DNA from: Octopus sinensis
Lineage: Eukaryota
Length of the DNA stretch: 13,333 bases
Assembly: GCF_006345805.1 (NCBI RefSeq)
Contig: NW_021826172.1
Coordinates: 1 to 13,333 of the forward strand
Direction of reading: 5' to 3'
The translations under genes were made by a program, and so were the position numbers. Positions 8,734 to 13,333 of the stretch are shown here, in pieces (the first letter of the stretch is position 1; each line of letters opens with the position of its first letter). The notes beneath the pieces were generated by a model. It made no database searches, was not told where the DNA came from, and worked only from the letters and a program-made list of their open reading frames with translations.

Positions 8734-9123
8734 CACGCCAGGCGAAATGCTTAGCCGTAATTCATCTGCCGCTACTTTCTGAGTTCAAATTCCGCCGAGG
8801 TCAACTTTGCCTTTCATCTTTTCGGAGTCGATTAAATAAGTACCAGTTACGTACTGGGGTCGATATAATCGACTTAATCCGTTTGTCTGTCCTTGTGTGT
8901 CCTCTCTGTGTTTAGCCTCGTGTGGGTAGTAAACAAATAAGTAATTCATCTGCCGCTAGGTTCTGAGTTCAAATTCCGCCGAGGTCGACTTTGCCTTTCA
9001 TCCTTTCGGGGTCGATTAAATAAGTACCAGTTACGCTCTGGGGTCGATATAATCGACTCAATCCGTTTGTCTGTTCTTGCTTGTCCTTTCTATGATTAGC
9101 CCCTTGTAGGCAATAAAGAAATA
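8734..9123 (+). mobile_element. 5'-truncated SINE with a tandemly duplicated 184-bp body
   Basis: Units at 8757-8940 and 8941-9123 both begin GTAATTCATCTGCCGCTA and carry the B-box GAGTTCAAATTCC. Flanked by GATAATTCTCACG at 8717-8729 and 9124-9136. Confidence 0.85.
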
Positions 9124-9155
9124 GATAATTCTCACGGCCTCATTATTTCCAGTAC

Positions 9156-9307
9156 AAAGACGGCGAGCTGGCGGAGTCGTTAGCACATTAGACAAAATAT
9201 TTAGCAGCGTTTCTCCCAAGCTCTTCATGTTCTGGCTCCAAATTATCCTTCCATCCTTTCGATAAAATAAAGTGCTTGGGAAGAACTGAGAGTCGATAAA
9301 ATCGACT
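9156..9307 (+). mobile_element. Diverged, internally deleted copy of the same SINE family
   Basis: A-box TGGCGGAGTCG in AAAGACGGCGAGCTGGCGGAGTCGTTAGCAC, then TTCCATCCTTTCGATAAAATAAAGT and GTCGATAAAATCGACT, matching the body of the 184-bp unit. Confidence 0.7.
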
Positions 9308-9783
9308 ATCTATTCTAACTAAACCCGACTGCTTCTGAGACAAAGCTTGAAATAATTGATTCAAATATGGCGTACCGTTAAGCAAATTATTCTCTTTAAA
9401 ACTGAAAGATACGATTTGTGAAATGTTCGGCTGCTATTTCTAGTCGGACGATTCTCCTTCCATCTATACTCACCTTATTGTTCATATTGTGTATTTTATA
9501 AGGTCAGATTGATCTCAGATCTGCAACATTTATTTAAATTCAATCAGTGGTTATCGTTTTGCAATTTTTCTTCTATTTTATTCGTAATAGCAATTTTTCC
9601 TTGGTTGGCTGGCTGGCTGGTTGGTCGGTCGGCTTACTGTAGTTTTTTTTCCTTTTTTTTTTTACTCATATGAAGAATTATTTTTCATGTAATTTTTGTT
9701 ATTATGGAAGAATCAATATTTACTATAAAAATAAAACAAGCATTTCCAATCCCGTAATCAGCTTCGTTGCCTAATTTAATTTC

Positions 9784-9797
9784 TAATAATAATGATG

Positions 9798-9831
<34 letters not shown>

Positions 9832-9869
9832 CAACAACAATAATAATAATCATAATAACAATAACAATC

Positions 9870-9936
<67 letters not shown>

Positions 9937-9979
9937 TAATAATGATAATAATAATGATAGTAATAAGATAATAATAATG

Positions 9980-10018
<39 letters not shown>

Positions 10019-10039
10019 GTAATAATAATGATAATAATA

Positions 10040-10085
<46 letters not shown>
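9784..10085. repeat. Long (AAT)n microsatellite with AAC/GAT/CAT variants
   Basis: About 300 bp; source of the poly-N/I/Y/L ORFs. Confidence 0.97.
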
Positions 10086-10087
<2 letters not shown>

Positions 10088-10291
10088 CACGATTTTTTAG
10101 TTCTTATTATGAAAAGTTTTCGAAATTGGCCGCTACAAAACATGCTTAAAAAGCAACATATGTGATAAGAAAAGGGGCCAGAAAAAACGCAAATGTAGAG
10201 AGAATATACCTACATACATAAACGTACCTATCTATATACATATACAGGTATAAACATATACATGTTTATATCATTATATTTTGCATTATAT

Positions 10292-10327
10292 ACGTGTTTG
10301 TGTGTGTATGTGTGTGTGTGTGTGTGT
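10292..10327. repeat. (TG)n microsatellite
   Basis: Direct inspection. Confidence 0.9.
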
Positions 10328-10447
10328 ATTTCTTATGAGGAATATCCTTTGCTTGATGTTATATACTGGTCCTGTACTCGACCAGGTGATCCATCGGTTT
10401 TTCTCTGATGCGTGTCGATGGAGCATGGTATGGCAAAGCAAAGCGGA

Positions 10448-10530
10448 GAAGAAGAAGAAGAAGAAGAAGAAGAAGAAGAAGAAGAAGAAGAAGAAGAAGA
10501 AGAAGAAGAAGAAGAAGAAGAAGAAGAAGA
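10448..10530. repeat. Pure (GAA)n microsatellite
   Basis: Uninterrupted GAA run of ~83 nt. Confidence 0.97.
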
Positions 10531-10843
10531 TATGCTTCTTATTTAGGGTAAAGACCAGCATCTTTCGGAGTAATGGGTTAATGATGACAAGCCCTCACCC
10601 TTGTATTTTTACTGATCTTCTTCATTGGCCACAAGCACACTTGCAATAGGATACTAACCGTATTAAACAATAACGCCTTCGCAGAAAGTTGTAATTAATA
10701 TTCATATTTTTCTCCCCACCATTTTAAAATCTAGCTTACACCAAAAGTATGTACCTTGGAATTTCTGATTAGCAGAAAAGTTACATTCTGCGTTTATAAT
10801 TCGGTCAACGCTGACATATTTCTTCTCCACTTCAATAAATTAA

Positions 10844-10844
<1 letters not shown>

Positions 10845-10931
<87 letters not shown>

Positions 10932-11096
10932 GTTTCATTTTTTGTTAATCACTCATTCTCATTTAATTGTATATATTTTAATTGTTTATTATTCATTCGA
11001 TACCCTGACCCCAACGTTTGTTTTGTTGTCCCCATATTGTCCCCTCTTTTTTCTCAACCTTATGGTGAATAAAGAAATACTCTCTCTCTAGCTCGC

Positions 11097-11140
<44 letters not shown>
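10845..11140. repeat. Two (CT)n tracts (10845-10930; 11082-11140 with (CTCG)n)
   Basis: Direct inspection. Confidence 0.9.
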
Positions 11141-11142
<2 letters not shown>

Positions 11143-11559
11143 TTCATTGTCTATCTATTTATCTACCTATCCCCTTCATTTTCTGTCTCTTTGTCTTTCG
11201 CTCAAGATAAGCAACGAAGCGCTGTAATGAAAGACATAGATTGTTTTGTCGGAGCCCATTCTAGCAAGAAGTTTATTTTGCAATGCAAGCGTTTTTCCTT
11301 GTCAAGTATCTGTTAGTGGATGTCATATTATAATGAAGATAACGGTATTAACAAACGCAACATACATGACAGGGCCAACCCTGTGTCCATTGCGATAAAA
11401 CATTATTGTATTTCTCCCCCAAACATGCGTGTGCATAACAGAATCCTATTATCGGTTTCGTGTACATGATCAAGTCCTCTAACTAACATGTCACTTGCAA
11501 TATAAATTTTCTTTATTATCTTAATGCAGCTTACCTAAAATAATATTTATCTATCAATC

Positions 11560-12426
11560 TATGTGTCTATATATTTATTTATCCACCAATCAATTTAGCT
11601 ATACACGTCTATATACGTGTATGTATCTATCTGGTGTATATATCTGTCTATTTATGTTTTTATCTAGCTCCCTGAATTTACAGACACAAGCATACAGACA
11701 CACACTCACACAAAAAATACACATACATATACACATATAAACACACAATAATGCGTATTTATACACGCACAGGGGAGGCTTGTTAGATAGATATATATTT
11801 CTCCAAGAATGTTTATATGTATATGTTCGTGTGTGTCTTAGTATTATGTATGTATGTGTGTATGTATGTAGGTGCATATATACAAATTATAACTGCTTAC
11901 CTAAATATCTAGCTATCAATCTCTTTGTAAGTATATCTATCTACCCACCCATAAATTTATCTGTATATCTATATCTATGAATCTATCTATCTATTTATCT
12001 GTATGTATGTATGTATGTATGTATGTATATATATATATATATACGTTTAAATATTTGTTGTGCAAGATTTTTTATGTATATATATATATACATTTATATA
12101 TATATACATATATATATAAATATATGTACACACATATATATATATATATACATGCATGTATACATATAGATATAAATTTACACATACGTATACGTGTATA
12201 CATATGCATATATAATGTATATGTACGTTATATTCACATATATATATATATATACGTGTGTATATATATGTATATATGCATATACATATATATTGTATAT
12301 AAATGCACACGCTCAGGAATGGCTTGGTTAGATAGATATGCGTGTATGAATATTTCTGTGTATGTGTGTATGTGTCTATCGGTGTCTCTGTGTGTGTGTG
12401 TGCGTGTGTGTGAATGTACGTGTGTA

Positions 12427-12472
<46 letters not shown>
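11560..12472. repeat. Degenerate (TA)/(TATG)/(TATC)/(CA)/(TG) low-complexity region
   Basis: Direct inspection; ends in a near-pure (TG)n at ~12421-12472. Confidence 0.85.
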
Positions 12473-12475
<3 letters not shown>

Positions 12476-12740
12476 ATCTACGTAAATATATGACTGATTA
12501 GAATGACAGACCCTGTTTTGATACATGATTTCGATCAACGCCAATAGAAGCCATTTAACTTTTCCTCCTTGTATCAAACAAAACATATTTTGCTTGGATA
12601 ATGGAACGACCATGCCGTCGCAACCTTCCACATATGAATATGCATGCGCACGCTTATATACAATTATATATTTTTTCATTCGGGCACACATTAACGCACA
12701 TACACAAAACTATAGACACCTACTCAACCATAAAATTGTA

Positions 12741-13115
12741 TACACACACACAAACACACACACACACATACACACACATACACACAAACACGCACACACA
12801 CATACATACACACACTAACACACACAAACATACATACACACAATCACGCACACACACACATACACACTCACACACACCAACACACAGAGAAACACACCAC
12901 ACACACACACATACACAACCACACACACACACAAACACACACGCACACAAACACACACACCAATCACACACACACACAACACAAACACACACACCACACA
13001 AACCACACACACACACAAACACACACACACACACACAAACACGCGCAGCACACACACACACACACAAACACATACACGCACACACACACACATACACACA
13101 CACACACACATACAT

Positions 13116-13146
<31 letters not shown>

Positions 13147-13156
13147 TATATATATA
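12741..13156. repeat. Long degenerate (CA)n array ending in (TA)n
   Basis: About 400 bp; source of the His-Thr and Val-Cys ORFs. Confidence 0.95.
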
Positions 13157-13186
13157 TTATTCTTAAAGAAAAATATTATTGAGGGG

Positions 13187-13221
13187 GACTTTGAAGTTTC
13201 GGCCAACTAATCCATCATCGG
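13187..13221 (-). ncRNA. Possible decayed hammerhead ribozyme relic
   Basis: Minus strand CCGAUGA-UGGAUUAGUUGGCC-GAAA-CUUCAAAG-UC. Has GAAA, a pairable stem III and a GUC triplet, but a U4C change, a weak stem II and no stem I. Confidence 0.3.
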
Positions 13222-13333
13222 ACTGCAATGCGTCGAAGCTAATCCTGACATTATATAATCTCTGTTGTGTGCAAAAAATTCTTTGGTCATGCGAATTTTT
13301 AGTGGTGTTGTAAAAAGCTTGGCGGGTGGTTTG

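Noticed and set aside
10366-10447. Two small hairpins before (GAA)n, possible LINE 3' end
   Set aside because: Only 6-7 bp stems and no convincing RT C-terminal similarity.
1084-13206. All ORFs in the supplied track as protein-coding genes
   Set aside because: They are translations of (GAA)n, (AAT)n, (CA)n, (TA)n and (CT)n tracts, of SINE sequence (8364-8915), or short frames with no recognisable domain. No RT, GIY-YIG or transposase motif was seen.

Overview
AT-rich, microsatellite-dense eukaryotic non-coding DNA. The repeat load and the tRNA-derived SINE-like elements resemble octopus/coleoid cephalopod DNA (from recall, not verified). No protein-coding gene can be supported: the listed ORFs are translated microsatellites, SINE sequence or unrecognisable short frames. 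The dominant structure is a ~5.3 kb fold-back. Two ~2.16 kb near-identical inverted arms (2089-4257 and 5274-7431) surround a 1016-bp hairpin-rich spacer. The arms are built from hierarchical subrepeats and are extremely strand-skewed (A/C-rich left, G/T-rich right). About 95 nt inside each outer end is an identical, intact-looking minimal type I hammerhead ribozyme motif (minus strand 2184-2226, plus strand 7297-7339), both facing outward. This suggests a non-autonomous Penelope-like/retrozyme-like fold-back element sitting in TA-rich sequence. An assembly or long-read artefact origin for the inversion cannot be excluded from sequence alone. The window also holds a cluster of same-family SINE copies (8210-9307), a possible decayed hammerhead near 13.2 kb, and many simple repeats.
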